Positions 1-12,900 of a DNA stretch of 64,000 nucleotides are shown here, piece by piece. The notes under the pieces were generated by a model. That model was not told the origin of the DNA. It ran no database searches and worked only from the letters and a program-made list of their open reading frames with translations. The stretch is from the NCBI GenBank assembly GCA_964035545.1, contig OZ037766.1, positions 3,586,722-3,650,721 on the forward strand, given 5' to 3'. The translations under genes and the position numbers were made by a program. The stretch is from Bugula neritina (lineage: Eukaryota > Animalia > Bryozoa). Each line of letters begins with the position of its first letter. Within the stretch, counting starts at the first letter, position 1.

Positions 1-441
1 ACGGAAATGTCAAGATGTAAGAATAACACATGTTTACATTACTTTGCTTAGCAACCAAACTGATCGCCTAGCAACCAAATTTACATTCCAGCCAGCCCTG
101 GTCCTTAATAGCAGCATTCAATTTCCAACACTAAGAAAAATATCTAAAATTGAAGTAATTTTGCCAAACAGTAGGATTGGTTTCGTTAGTAATTTTTTTC
201 TTATTTGTTTTCATGCCTACCTTAATAAAATGTGCACTATCTGCCCAGAGTTTCAGTGTTGACTAACTTAAGACATGACTTGAAGCTGCTTATATTACAG
301 TTAAATTTGGCAGAGATGACGTATGCAATGTCAAAGGTCAGCTATTACTGTAGGAATAAAGTCAGCCAGCAATGACAGTAAAACCAAAAACATAAGTCAA
401 GTAAGTAAGTTGAGAAATTTAAAAACATATGTTTTATAACT

Positions 442-653
442 GCAGCCGTGGTCTAGGGGTTAGAGCTTTTGCCTAGTAAACACGAAAGACATGGGTTCGA
501 GCCCTGACAAAGGCCATTGGTGATGTTAGGAAGAGCATCCAGTCATAATTGCTCCTGTACCTCATTTAAAAAAGTCCTTAGCCTGCTTTAACAAAAACCC
601 TTTCTATCTGGGGTTTCTCACAGGGATAGTGACTATAAACTTGCGTGAGTTTT
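442..653 (+). mobile_element. tRNA-Thr(AGT)-derived SINE, copy 1
   Basis: The head GCAGCCGTGGTCTAGGGGTTAGAGC...CCTAGTAAAC...GGGTTCGAGCCC has A/B boxes and resembles tRNA-Thr(AGT), followed by a ~140-bp body. An inverted copy is at 35366-35580. The ends coincide with near-direct repeats TTTTATAA(C/T)TGCA. Confidence 0.85.
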
Positions 654-1589
654 ATAATTGCAAAATTCTTCTAAGCCAACAATTTACTATTATAATATAT
701 AACAAAATATTATATATGTATTGTTTTAAAATATAGCTTTAAGGTATAATTCTAAACTAGATACACATTCTAGTCACCGGCTCAAAACTGTATATTAACC
801 TTTTACTACTTGTAAAATATTATAAAAATTAGATATTAACTATGAAATAAGTATACATATCACCCATTAAAAGAAAAGTATGCAGTGTAGCAGTAAAATA
901 ATAGTCACCTTCAACATCCTCCATGTTCTTAAACTTAGCAAGCTATCACTGTCAGTAAGAAATAGAGTCCCTTGGCTACAATGCAAGAATAATTATAGCA
1001 ACCTGGATGAATGCTGTTTTACTGCTTCAACTTTAGCATGCAATTACTGAGCAAGGCAGTGGATAACAGGTACTTGTTGGCTGTGAATTAGTAATAAAGT
1101 GGCATTACTTTCTAAACTTTGGTATGCTATGTAATTGCTTTAGGTTTCTGCAAGATTAGTAGCTGTGCAATGCTTATTGCCTATATTCACTTTGAATATT
1201 TTTACTAACAGGTAGAGATTGAAATTATCTAGCCACATGTGCACTTACTACTCTGAATATTTTACCTGCATGTGAAGTTGAAAAATATATAACCATACAT
1301 GTGTGAACTTATCAGTTGAAGCTATTTTCATACCTATGTTGCTAATCATCACCTATGTAGTTACTATTTGAAGATACCAGCAAATGTTGAGCCAGTCATT
1401 TACAACAAAAGCAACTATTTGTAATCCAAACAACTAAGTTATGTTTTGTATTATTCATAAATAAAGGCCTTTTTCCATAATATAATAGTAGTAAATGTAG
1501 TACCTTCACAATAAAAGTTGCTGCTAATTCAATTTTGAGCAAATTCTAGTATTTTGTAATATTTTATGCTTAAAAATTAAGCTATAAAG

Positions 1590-2510
1590 TACTACTAGGA
1601 GTTACACTCAATAACTTCTAGTAGTATTTATATCAATTTAAGCAAGCATAAGTCATCAAATGAGATGCAAGAGTCTTACTATTAGGCTACTGTTAATAGC
1701 TGTATTTGGTGTGAGGATAATACTAATAGTAGAACTAGATGTAGTACTGGTAGTACTACTACAAGTTTATCATTATGAATGCATCAAATTCAATATGAAC
1801 ATCAATAATGATGGTAATGAAATTCAAATTGAATATCAATATCAGTTTGAGTTTGGATATGAATACTGATAAGATTAAATTTAATTGGATTATGATTACA
1901 AAGTAAAACTTGTACAATAGTAATACTACTAGTACTACTAGTAAAACCATTAAGTCTAACAAGTAATGGCTGGAACTGGAAGTAATACCAGTACTAGTAG
2001 TAGTACTGGTACTAGTACTAGTAGTATTACTAATAATAATACTATTACTATTATTATTAGTCACTAGATCACTAATTTACAATTACCGACAGTGACTAAT
2101 AGTAATACTAATAGTAACAGCAATACTAATCGTCTAATGGTAATACTTAGAGTTATACTTACACTTAAACTGACCTACAGTATAACTTAAACTATTATAT
2201 TATAACTAATATTATTACTATTAAACTTAGTATTAGTATTCCAAGTTCCAACTTACATTTATAAGTTATAAGTAGAATATTAAGTATAACATTAACAGTA
2301 GTATTTAGTTCTTACACTTTGACTTAGAGTTAATCACTTACTTACACTTACAGTTTGAGTTACAGTCGCACTAACCTTAACTTTAAGTTTAAGTTACTAG
2401 TTAGTGACGAACACTAACTTATACAGTATACTTTAAGTTAATCATTCGTATTTAATTTCATAATCATTATAACTAACAATTTTAATTGTAATCATCTATG
2501 ATTAACTTGC
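1590..2510. repeat. degenerate low-complexity 3/6-bp-period tract (AGT/ACT/AAT, then TTACAC/TTAAAC-like units)
   Basis: Short periodicity is visible by eye. The overlapping ORF-track entries (1660-1869, 1759-2064) are compositionally biased S/T/N/I/L strings. Confidence 0.7.
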
Positions 2511-2661
2511 ATTGAAATTTAATCATATACAACATAGGTTAGCGATTAAAGTAGTTGCTGCAACTGTATGTACTAGTTACCAATCACCTTATCCTGCAGG
2601 GCTTTACTTTTCACGCAGTAAAGTTTACTTACTTCGCGCCGCTACAGATGCGCTTTCTTAA

Positions 2662-2863
2662 ATCTCATCTCATCTCATCTAATTAATCTCACTCGGAGCG
2701 CTTTGGCTCCTTTATCGAGATGCAGTGGTGTATGAACAATTGTTTAGATTATCAGTAGTAAGGAAGAAAACTATTTTGTCTACGAGATAAGAATATAGTT
2801 AATTATGCTTCGATTCAAAGCTCAATAGCTAGCTACTGCCAGGAGAGAAAGAAAAAAAGAAAG

Positions 2864-2901
<38 letters not shown>

Positions 2902-5760
2902 AAATAAATAGATATACACCGCACAGCTTCAGATGATATAAAGCAGAGTCGATGTTAAGTGCTTATAATCAGTTAGGCAAAGCAGCTAAAATCATTAGAA
3001 AAGTTTATGGATGCGATGTTTATATGAATGTTTGGCAGTTTTGGTATTGATATTGCCCTTAATAGCACCATGTCTGGTATTGTGAGACTCTGCAAAATGA
3101 AGGGAGAACCGGTCTTGGTCTATAGCGGCATTACCAGAAAGCATACGAAAGTACATTTTTTGGTCTGCATTGTCACGTCTTTGTGCAAGGCTATCCCAAT
3201 TATAATTTGTCATGAGCTCAGTTATATGATTTCGTTTTCTCTTACAGAATGTCCACCTGAAGGCTTTTCTATTTATACCTTCTATGATGTTGATGTTTTT
3301 CAATTTAAATGGAGACCAGGTGTGGGTCGCAAATTCTAGTATAGGGCGACAGACTGTTTTATAAGCTATGGCTCTGGTTTTACTTTTAGCCTTTTTTAGA
3401 CAGCGCATCAGCATGTGTAATAATTTATTAGCTTTTGAGCAAATGTTTATTATATGTTGATCGAATGACAGTTTATTATCAATCGTGACACCAAGGTATA
3501 ATACTTTGTCAACACATTGTAAGGGGTCATTATTCATGCTGTATTGAGACACTAGAGGATTTACAGTGGAGCGTTGAATTGTCATATGCTCACATTTATT
3601 TATATTGAACTTCATCTGAGAACTGTCTGCCCAAGTTATAAGATGGTCTAAGTCATTTTGAAATAAACTAGAATCAGCAGGTGTTGTGATTGGTTTGTAC
3701 AACAAGGAATCATCTGCATATAGTTTAAGCTTGCTGTTGGCTACCGCAGAGTGCATGTCATTTATGTACACATTAAATAACAATGGTCCTAATACACTGC
3801 CTTGGGGCACTCCTGAGGTCACATGTCTAGTGGCCGATTTGACGTTGTTGACACAGACTGAAAGAAGACGGTTCTGAAGCCATGAAAAAATCCATTTGAC
3901 AGTTTTATCAGCTATTCCGATATTTAGCAGTTTAACCTGTAGTTTATGGTGCGACACAACGTCAAAGGCCTTTGAAAAATCCAAGACAGCGAGATCAACC
4001 GGTATCATTTCGTCAAAAAAATCTATAAATTCACTCACTGTATTCAACAACTGAGTATCGCAGCCATGATTTGTCCTGAAACCATGTTGGTGTGGGTAAA
4101 ACAGGTCATTTGATTCGAGGAAACAGTTGATATTATGTGATACGATATGCTCGAAGATTTTGGATATGATAGAAGTGAGTGATATTGGCCTGTAATTCAG
4201 CGGGTCTGTACGACTTCCTTTCTTGAAGATCGGTACAATGTTTGCTGTTTTCCAGTCTTGTGGTGTCTGAGATGTATCGTAAAAGTACTGAAAAACTTTT
4301 GTCAGGGGCTCATATATATAATGTGCAAGATATTTTAGAAGTGCAGGAGAAAGCTCATCTGGGCCAGCACCTTTTCGTGGATCGAGTTTGGTGAGCTGTG
4401 TTAGGACTCCCCGAGGATCAAATTGTATAGGAGATGATATAGTTTGAGGTGGAATGCAGGGAGGGATATTACCATCATCAATAGAAAACACAGAAGCAAA
4501 GGAGTCCGCAAAAGATTCAGCTATAGCAGTATTGTTGTTAGGGGGGATGTTGTCTAGTTGGCGTACAGTATTTGAGCTGCCCTTTTTACTTGCTATGAAC
4601 CGATAAAGAGGTTTTGAATCACCCTGCTCTAATGTATTGCATATGTGTTTGTTTATATAATTATTATAGTCCCTGTTACACAATTTCTTGCAGTACCGGG
4701 ACTGGGTGGCATGTTTTAAAATGTTGTGCGGGGTGCGATCGTTAAGGCAAGCTAGGTGGAGGTGTTTTCTTTTTCTGATCTCACTTTTAGTTTCTTGGGA
4801 TATCCAGAGTTTTGATTTTTTCTTTCTAAATTTGTATGGGATATTGGAATGGGCTACCTGAAGTATTCCAGATTTGAGATTATGCCATAACTGTTCAGCG
4901 CTACATTTCTTAGAGATATCTGAGGTGATTTTACAATGTAGGGAGTAACAGTCCACGGTGATGTTCGTTATGTCTGCCTTTTCAAACTGCCAATATGGCT
5001 TTGGTTTGGTTAGGGATGCTGTTCTTTTAATAACATTATCCGCCAACACATTGAAATTGATAATAAAATGGTCAGAGCAGGATGACTCAACTCGGGGGTT
5101 AGTGGTAGTTACATTTGTAACAACTAGATCAAGCGTATTACCTTTGTCGTGAGTAGGTTTATTGATAGCCTGAGAAAGATTATTCGAAATTATAAAATCT
5201 ACGAACAATTGATGCAAGTTAGTTTCTCTAGTTGTTTTAAGTACAGGCCTGCTACTATCATTCCAGTCAATGTCAGGTAGGTTAAAATCCCCAACCATAA
5301 CAATGTTCGGATTGGTTTGATCATAATACCAATTTACTATATCTTCTACTTGTTTTATACAGGGTCTACGGTAATAGCATGCAATAGTGAAAGAGTATCC
5401 ACAGATTGATAAGTCAAGGGCAATGATTTCCCCAGGGTGTGAGACATTGATTCTACTAACAACAAAGGGACATTTATTGGATAGGCCTATAAGGACTCCA
5501 CCTCCACGTCCTAGTCCGTCAGTTCGATCACGCCGGTACAGGGTGTAGTCTCTGGATAACTCATTATCGGAAACTGATGAATCTAGTTTTGTTTCACATA
5601 AGCAAAAGATATCTGGCGATTGCTGATCTAGTAGCATGGAAAGTTCATGTATTTTACCCCTGATACCATTACAATTCCAAGATATTACTTTTAACTCTTT
5701 TTGTTCTGCCATGATAGATGGAATGTCTAAATCGTGATGAGGAAAACGTCGCGCTAAACT
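2662..5760 (-). mobile_element. CR1/L2-group non-LTR retrotransposon (LINE); 5' boundary uncertain (may extend to ~5990)
   Basis: EN+RT ORF at 2995-5712. On the sense strand the 3' UTR has a T-rich tract (2846-2911), a GGAGC-CAAAGC-GCTCC stem-loop (2695-2710) and a (GATGA)n tail (2662-2680), the typical CR1/L2 3' architecture. No clear TSD. Confidence 0.9.
2995..5712 (-). CDS. LINE ORF2: apurinic-type endonuclease + reverse transcriptase, 905 aa, uninterrupted
   Basis: EN motifs SWNCNG, LCETKL, RGGGVLI, GDFNLPDIDW, NTLDLV, SDH. RT motifs NYRPISLTS, QHGFR, LDFSKAFD, GVPQGSVLGPLLF, YADD, YLGV. Confidence 0.97.
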   Translation of the reverse strand: MAEQKELKVISWNCNGIRGKIHELSMLLDQQSPDIFCLCETKLDSSVSDNELSRDYTLYRRDRTDGLGRGGGVLIGLSNKCPFVVSRINVSHPGEIIALDLSICGYSFTIACYYRRPCIKQVEDIVNWYYDQTNPNIVMVGDFNLPDIDWNDSSRPVLKTTRETNLHQLFVDFIISNNLSQAINKPTHDKGNTLDLVVTNVTTTNPRVESSCSDHFIINFNVLADNVIKRTASLTKPKPYWQFEKADITNITVDCYSLHCKITSDISKKCSAEQLWHNLKSGILQVAHSNIPYKFRKKKSKLWISQETKSEIRKRKHLHLACLNDRTPHNILKHATQSRYCKKLCNRDYNNYINKHICNTLEQGDSKPLYRFIASKKGSSNTVRQLDNIPPNNNTAIAESFADSFASVFSIDDGNIPPCIPPQTISSPIQFDPRGVLTQLTKLDPRKGAGPDELSPALLKYLAHYIYEPLTKVFQYFYDTSQTPQDWKTANIVPIFKKGSRTDPLNYRPISLTSIISKIFEHIVSHNINCFLESNDLFYPHQHGFRTNHGCDTQLLNTVSEFIDFFDEMIPVDLAVLDFSKAFDVVSHHKLQVKLLNIGIADKTVKWIFSWLQNRLLSVCVNNVKSATRHVTSGVPQGSVLGPLLFNVYINDMHSAVANSKLKLYADDSLLYKPITTPADSSLFQNDLDHLITWADSSQMKFNINKCEHMTIQRSTVNPLVSQYSMNNDPLQCVDKVLYLGVTIDNKLSFDQHIINICSKANKLLHMLMRCLKKAKSKTRAIAYKTVCRPILEFATHTWSPFKLKNINIIEGINRKAFRWTFCKRKRNHITELMTNYNWDSLAQRRDNADQKMYFRMLSGNAAIDQDRFSLHFAESHNTRHGAIKGNINTKTAKHSYKHRIHKLF

Positions 5761-6979
5761 CTCACTTTACCGCTTTATACTTTTAACTATTGCCATAAAT
5801 CCAAACATTTCGATGTAGGGAATGTAAATTGGTTATACATGATATATAGCCGTCTATCGATATTTATAAAACCTTAGCCAAATTTTCGCAATAACATGAT
5901 GCGAACCACTGAACTGAAACTATACTCTATAGTGTCAACTTCACTGAACTGGAATTATTTCCCAGTTCATCGATCCGACCCTTAGAAAGTGCGGATATTA
6001 CCTAAAGGAAGGATAACTCTGTAAAGCAAAATTGCAATATGGCAAATTATTTATAGAGATGACAGGACCATAGATAATTAGGTGAAAACTTCTAAAAAAG
6101 CAGCAAAATCAACCAAATGTTTTTGTAACTAATTTTTAAAGTTTCTATTACAAAAAGAAACATGCATAGAAATCAAAATTGAAATTGTTCCTAGATTTAT
6201 TCAAATAATAATTACGTAATTTCAAGCAAGTATTTAATAGCATGCAATGTAGTAAGTAACTATTGGCAAACTATATAGACAGTTTTTTTTAATTGCTACG
6301 TTCAGTGTTTGTTACTATATAGTTACCCCACATATTGTGAACTTTTTCTCGGTACATTGCATATTATTAATTTCTATTTTATTCATACAAGGCCTTTTTG
6401 CATATTGCAGCATACGTACAGCATGCATGTTTATACCTGATAATATTAGGATTCATAAGACTTGTGATTGAGTTGTACCTATGCAAGACACAAGTTATTA
6501 GAATAGCTATTATTAAAGAAAAGCTATTATTAGCATCAAAATATTGTGTTAATGTAATATACACATATTATAAGTAATAAAATCAAATTGAGGCTACCAA
6601 AATTGCTATTTGCCTGTACTATAGTAGTTATAGACTTATAGTACAAGTGAATGATTATCAATCATGCATAAAAATAAAAGTTTAAAAACTGTTATGCAAA
6701 CATGCAATTAGACACAGCATAATTATGATTATTTTTGTCAAAATTAATTACAAAATAATTAACCTTCGATAGATTACCATTCAAAAGTATGACTTATTTA
6801 CATACCTAATCGGGTTAAATTCATATGGTTGAAAACATGAATTTTTAGATCGTTGTTATAATTCGAAAATATTTTTTTACAGACAATTGTTTTTTGGTGT
6901 TAGTTACTAAAATGGGAAAGTTTTCAGCACTTTAGTTAGGAAGATAACTCTTAAACTTCATTTTGCAAAGTGGCTGTCA

Positions 6980-9900
6980 TCAACTTTCGTGTTCATTTTT
7001 CACTTTCCTCTTACTCATAGTAATTGCGTCACTAATTGTCACGGGTAGTGGACGATTGCTGGTTTCAGGCAGATAAAGAGCAGACAACCCAGAAATAACA
7101 AACAAGGAACCGTAAGTAAATGGAGACGCAACAGAAATGTTGATACTGGGGTTTGTGATTACTTTCTCCTACAAATAAACAAATTTTAAAAATTAAACTT
7201 ATAGTAACTAATAAATTTTCTTAATACAATTATTTAATAAACATAAAGACATTCATCATTTTATTAATGCTCGAACAGTTTATATTAAAAATAACAACAA
7301 AAATTTTTCGTAAAGTTTTTTAAGAAATATTTTTGTTCTCACCAAGTCAGCCATGAATGGTCCTAGGGTGCTGCCAATATGGCCGAAGGTTAAGGAAGAC
7401 TGAATCATGGTAGTTCTGGCGCTGGTTGGGAAGAGTTCTATACACCAGACGTACATGACTTGCCAAGCAGACGAGAGACAGAGTCGTCCCACCATGGTCA
7501 AGGTGATGATACTCCATGGTTCACCTGCTCATTACAAGATAATGTTGATGCATTCAAATAATTCAGTGTTTCATGTCATTGACATAGTAATATAATTTGT
7601 CTGTTGAACGCTTTAATATTGATGTCTACCCAATAGCCTCAGTGGTGTAATGGTTAGCACTCCTGCTTGCAAACCAGAGGTTTTGGGTTTAAATCCCGGT
7701 GGGGACAAAAGTTTTACAAAAGCAACTTTGTTGCAATCAACTTCAAACATAAGAAAAGTCACATGTATGCTATTTAGAGCATTATCAATATACACTTTAA
7801 AATATAATAATTTGTTTCGTTATACAGAATGATATGGCCTGATGCATATAAAGAGTGTGTCTTGCTGCAGAATTGAGAAAAATATTTGGTTCTACAACTG
7901 CTACTCACCTGGTAGATATATTGTGAAAATTGCTGAACCGATGAGACTAATACCACCAATTATACCTAAGCCAACATAGACATATTTTCTTCCGCCTTTA
8001 AGTATTACGAAGCAGAGACAGTAGGCTATGATCTCTGCCACCCCACCCAAAGAATTATTGACATAAAGATCTCCAACTAAGTCTCCTATGCCATAGAGTA
8101 AACCATAGTATCCTATATTACATGCGAACCTGAAGGGTTGAATATAAACATATATATTATTACATCGACAATTTGACAAATAAGAAATTTTTTACCAACT
8201 TGAGCATTTCATTGTTGCGCAATGGTTTAAGGCGTGGCAGATTCTAACATTATTCGTTGAATGTTTGAAAAATTGTATTTAAACAAGTGGCTTGAATACC
8301 ACAATTTGAACTCACCAAGCAAAAGAACAGATTAGAAAGATCAACATGAATCTTCCAGACTTTAGAATCTGTAAACATCCGTGCTTTGAGCTTTCTTTCA
8401 TCTCATCTTTCTCTCCAGTGAACTCTACACTGATATTCGATACATTGTTGCTTTTTTCTCTCAGTTCAATGGTGTTCACATTTTGGCTACTCTCCCCAAT
8501 TTGGACCTTACCAGAAATGAGGCTGAAATCTTCCAAGTTATACTTATTCCATCTGGCTATTTTCTCTATAACTTTTTGAGACTCTTCAAACTTTCCTTGA
8601 CTGTATAGCCAGTGGGGTGATTCATCATATCCCCTGTTGAAATTTTATGAATAATTTAAAAATGGCTTAACTGGCAACTTTATTTAAAATTGAGTTTAAC
8701 ACAAATTATGCAAAATCTTTATTCTCAGTGAAAAATGAAAATACTAATAGGACAAGTTAGTATTGGGAAATTAGAAATTTTCATCCCAATTATGATAGTG
8801 CTGTGATCTAAAATAAAATAATCTATAATATGTTTGCATATGCATGCAGTCAACATTATTCTTGTGCTGCATTGGGTAACCTTGAAGCATATTAATATGT
8901 TTCATATGCAATGCAAAAAAGAGGCAACTAAGTTTTCAGTAAAACATGTTCTGCTATTAACCTAAATGACAATTTAACTATACAGACAGCTTTTCATCAT
9001 CCAACTGTTATGACCTTCCAGGTAACCCCTATGACTTCCCAGGTAGCTCTTATGACCTCCCAAGTTACTATTTTAATACATCAATATATTATAGCAGCTA
9101 GACACTTCTTACCAAAACGCTAGCAAGGCAATAAGAAGACATGGAGCACTGATGACCAGCTGTAGATGTTTCCAGTCTCTGATTAGATATCCCAACCCTG
9201 ACATCAGTAGTATAGCCACGCCCCACGAAATCACAGAACCAATGAGCACGTGAGGCCGCTTAGCTGGTGCCGTACATTCACTCACTAAAACCACAGCAAA
9301 ATATAAGTAGTTGGTGACAGACTTGGAGTTACAGTTGGTTTAGGCTGTTAAAACTGTCATCTGCAACACTACCTATAAGTGAGAGTTATGTAACAGTTTC
9401 CTATGCAACTTTAAAGAATCTAAAACTCCTATAAGTAAAAATTGGTAACTATAACAATTAACTTTATTCTAAACAGGACACAGGATCTAGCACTTGATTG
9501 TAATGATTTCTTGCCACAAATCAGCATTTTAGCATTGAAATCCTTCTACTTGAGCAAATTTCTGCATCAGCAACAATGAAAATTTAGCGCAGATGGCAAA
9601 ATAAGACTGCTTTGTGCGATGGACATGCTAAAAAATACTGCAAAAAGTTTCTTTAGTAATAATACAACTGGCTTAATACTATAGTTGCTCCACTTTAGAC
9701 AGGATTCTGAGAATGAAAAATCACTTTTAAAAAACCTCAAATACTTGATTGTGTACCACTTGCCCTAAGGCTATGAAAAGACTATTGTTCTAGAGGTGGC
9801 GTTGCATTTTAATTTTTAAAGGTAAATTAATGATGGTGAATAGAAGAGCAATGAAGTATATAATGTAATTACTATTATGGTGATATGTTATAAGTATGTA

Positions 9901-12900
9901 TAATTTGTTAATTGCACCTACAGTGAGAGTTTATGGCATCGTACAAGCCAACAGTGGGAGCTGACATGATAACTTTAAGAACGATATACATCTCCATGCT
10001 AACGGAGAACGCTGTTATTGTACCCACAACTCCGATGATGGCCAAATGTAGAATTATGCATGGCTTCCTTCCGATCCTAAAAGCCACAATGTCAGTTAGT
10101 AGGTTTTACTCTTGTAACTTAAAGTGTTTAACTCAATATTTATAGTAAGTTTTGCTAAATGTCATTGAGCCAATTGGCAGTTGTTTGAAAATTGATAAAC
10201 CATTATGTTGGAATACAAACAGCAGAACATAAACAATCATGGTGACTGAACACTCATTGATTAAACAATATACAACAAGTTGAATGCTTAAAGTTTGAAA
10301 AATAACCATTCTTTCTTTAAAATGCTATACCTGCACACAAAAACAATAAAAAACAATTTACTGCAGAAATTGAAAATTTTAAATTTTTTACTAACATTTA
10401 AACTTACTAAACTAATAACTATGATGATATTAGTTGAGGCAGTTTATCCATTAAGCATATGGAGCATATTTTAACAAGTTTGTTGCCATTTAATTATGTA
10501 TTTCAACCTTTAATACAGAGAGGTTAGTTGATATATTTATAAGACAACTCCAAATACAGTAGTAATTCAATTTTTCAGTATGAAGCGTACTTATATTCAT
10601 GGTAGTCTTATAGTGAAGACAACTCCGGATCATTGAAGGTGACAAGTTCTACATTACAAGCATTATAATGTATGACACATGAGCACAGCTGCCTATTTAC
10701 ACTTACTTGTCAGAAAGCCAACCCGTGAATATTCCACATATTATTCCCACGCCATTATAAACCAGGTTGCTAACGGTTACCAGCCTAGCTCTTGAGCAAA
10801 CCAAATCAAACTGAAAATACACAAAACAAAAAAATCAAATAAATAAGCTTATAGCCAAACTTAAATAACACTATTTTATAGTATTGCATGTTATCAAATT
10901 ATTATTATTATTATTGTTATTAGGATTATGGTATTAGCTGAATTGAAAAATTCAATACAGTGTAAACTGTAAACTGGTGTATTGGCAATGAATAGTGTTC
11001 CATGCAGCATAAAGACTTAAATATACTAAACTTAAGTAAGATTACAGGTAATGCTCAAATGCAGTATCAAGTGGAATGTACCTATATCAATATTTAGAGC
11101 TTTCACAATGTACGAGTACTGTTTAATTCAGTCATACATTATGCACTAGAACCAAAATAAATTATTTGTTTTCGGGGATGGTTGACTTGATGATTAGCAT
11201 AGCCAATAAGTTTACTTGTTGGTCACCTTGAGTTGCAGCCAAAATCTTTGTAGATTTAAACAAAGTTTCTTCCAACAAACTGTTCATTTGGTTACCAAAA
11301 TAACAGTCATGTGTGAGTTGAGGGTGTGTGCATGCTCAGTATAACTGAGATGTAGTTGCATTCTTATTACCATAAGCAAGAACAATTTTAAACACTGAGT
11401 TTACTAATATATATAAACAGTTAGTTTAATACACATAAACACAGAACAATGTTTATATTTATAATTAGAACCTGTATCTGAAATGGCTAGTTTTGTCATA
11501 TAGTTGGTTTGATTCAATGAACTAAAACCCCAGATTTAAACAAACTTCACCAAAATAACAAGCCATGTGCCAACTAAGTTCTATAAAATAGACTGTACTA
11601 CATTGACTTTAAGTGTCTCATGGTGATTAAAGATTAAGCAAATGCCAGAAACATGCCCCCAGCATATGGTCATATGACTCGGATTCGTCTTACCAATATG
11701 CATAGAATTTTTCAACTGCCAGCCAACGCACTGCATGTATATAATCTACGATAAATTCATTTACACCGCTAGCTCTTGACTTTTGCTACATATAAGTTTA
11801 TAAAAAGTATTTGATATTATAATGCTATTAAAACTTCTTTGTTATTTGTAGTTTTATAAAAACTTCTTTTCTAAAATTTTAGATGCATTGGTGTAGCTTT
11901 ATAATATAAATTCGTGTAAACTTTATATAACTTTGTTCTGTATGTACTAGTATAACTTTGTAATTTTAAAACAGTAAAAAGAAACCATTAAATTTGGTTT
12001 TGTCAGTCTCAGCAAACTAAAGGACTGTTCACAATGAGATGCTTCTGTGAAACAATGGTTATCAAAACTTATCATCAAGAAAACTCACCATCAAAAGCAC
12101 TTAAGAGTTCACCAAGTTTAATATTTTACTGCTAGAAAAAGTATTTAAGAAGAACAACAATAACATAAATACAGAATTTTAAACTGCCGATCAGAGTAAA
12201 ATGGCTTTGGAAATGCTGTTGTTTTATTAGTTCATTGGTGTCCTACTTGCACTATGCTGGTATCACCCTGGTTTCACCCTGGTGTCAACCTGGTGTCAAG
12301 CAAGTGTCATACTGTTATAGAACTGGTGTCATACAGCTGTTATTTTGATGCCAAACTAGTGCTATGCAGTTGGTGTAAAGAATTGGTCATAAAATTTAGT
12401 CAAATGCATATATTTCCAATTACAGTAAATTTCATCCATTGCATTAACTTCCTGTAACATTTTTAGGTTTTCATTATCTCTTGATTCATACAATATAAAC
12501 AAACACACCCCTTAATACTTCTTGTTGACCCTTGTAGCTATGTAGCTATTGTAGTTTTATTGAACATCATGTACAAATTAGGGGGTTAGCACTATCTCTA
12601 CAGACAACAACATGTAGTTTCCATGCATTGAATTGTGACAGCTGGCTTTTCAATTATATAATAACTATTACCATACAAGGATACAACTTATCTGCATCTC
12701 ATGGTGTAAGATTAGAGGTATATGTGCATTATTCGTTATGTGAATTATTACTGTTAATATGTATGAATATTATTTTTTTGTATTACACTAATGCCTTTAA
12801 ATTGTTGCAATATCTAGTATTTTTATAGTTGTTAAAATCAGGTTTTACTATATATCTTGTGCTTTATTATTATAGTTTTCACAGGTAGAGAAAGAATAAA

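Noticed and set aside
1660-2064. Short ORFs rich in S/T/N/I
   Set aside because: They arise from the low-complexity tract, with no splice or homology support.
2846-2895. Long A tract as the LINE poly(A) tail
   Set aside because: The LINE is on -, so this tract reads as T-rich in the sense 3' UTR. The actual terminus appears to be the stem-loop plus (GATGA)n at 2662-2710.
5574-5600. Other CTGATGA occurrences (5574, 9149, 26405, and on - near 38320 and 41087) as hammerheads
   Set aside because: None has a stem II followed by GAAA and a closing stem I.
9009-9068. Three 21-bp tandem units in SLC22 intron 5 (and CTGGTGTCA repeats near 12250-12380)
   Set aside because: Ordinary short decayed minisatellites with no further structure.
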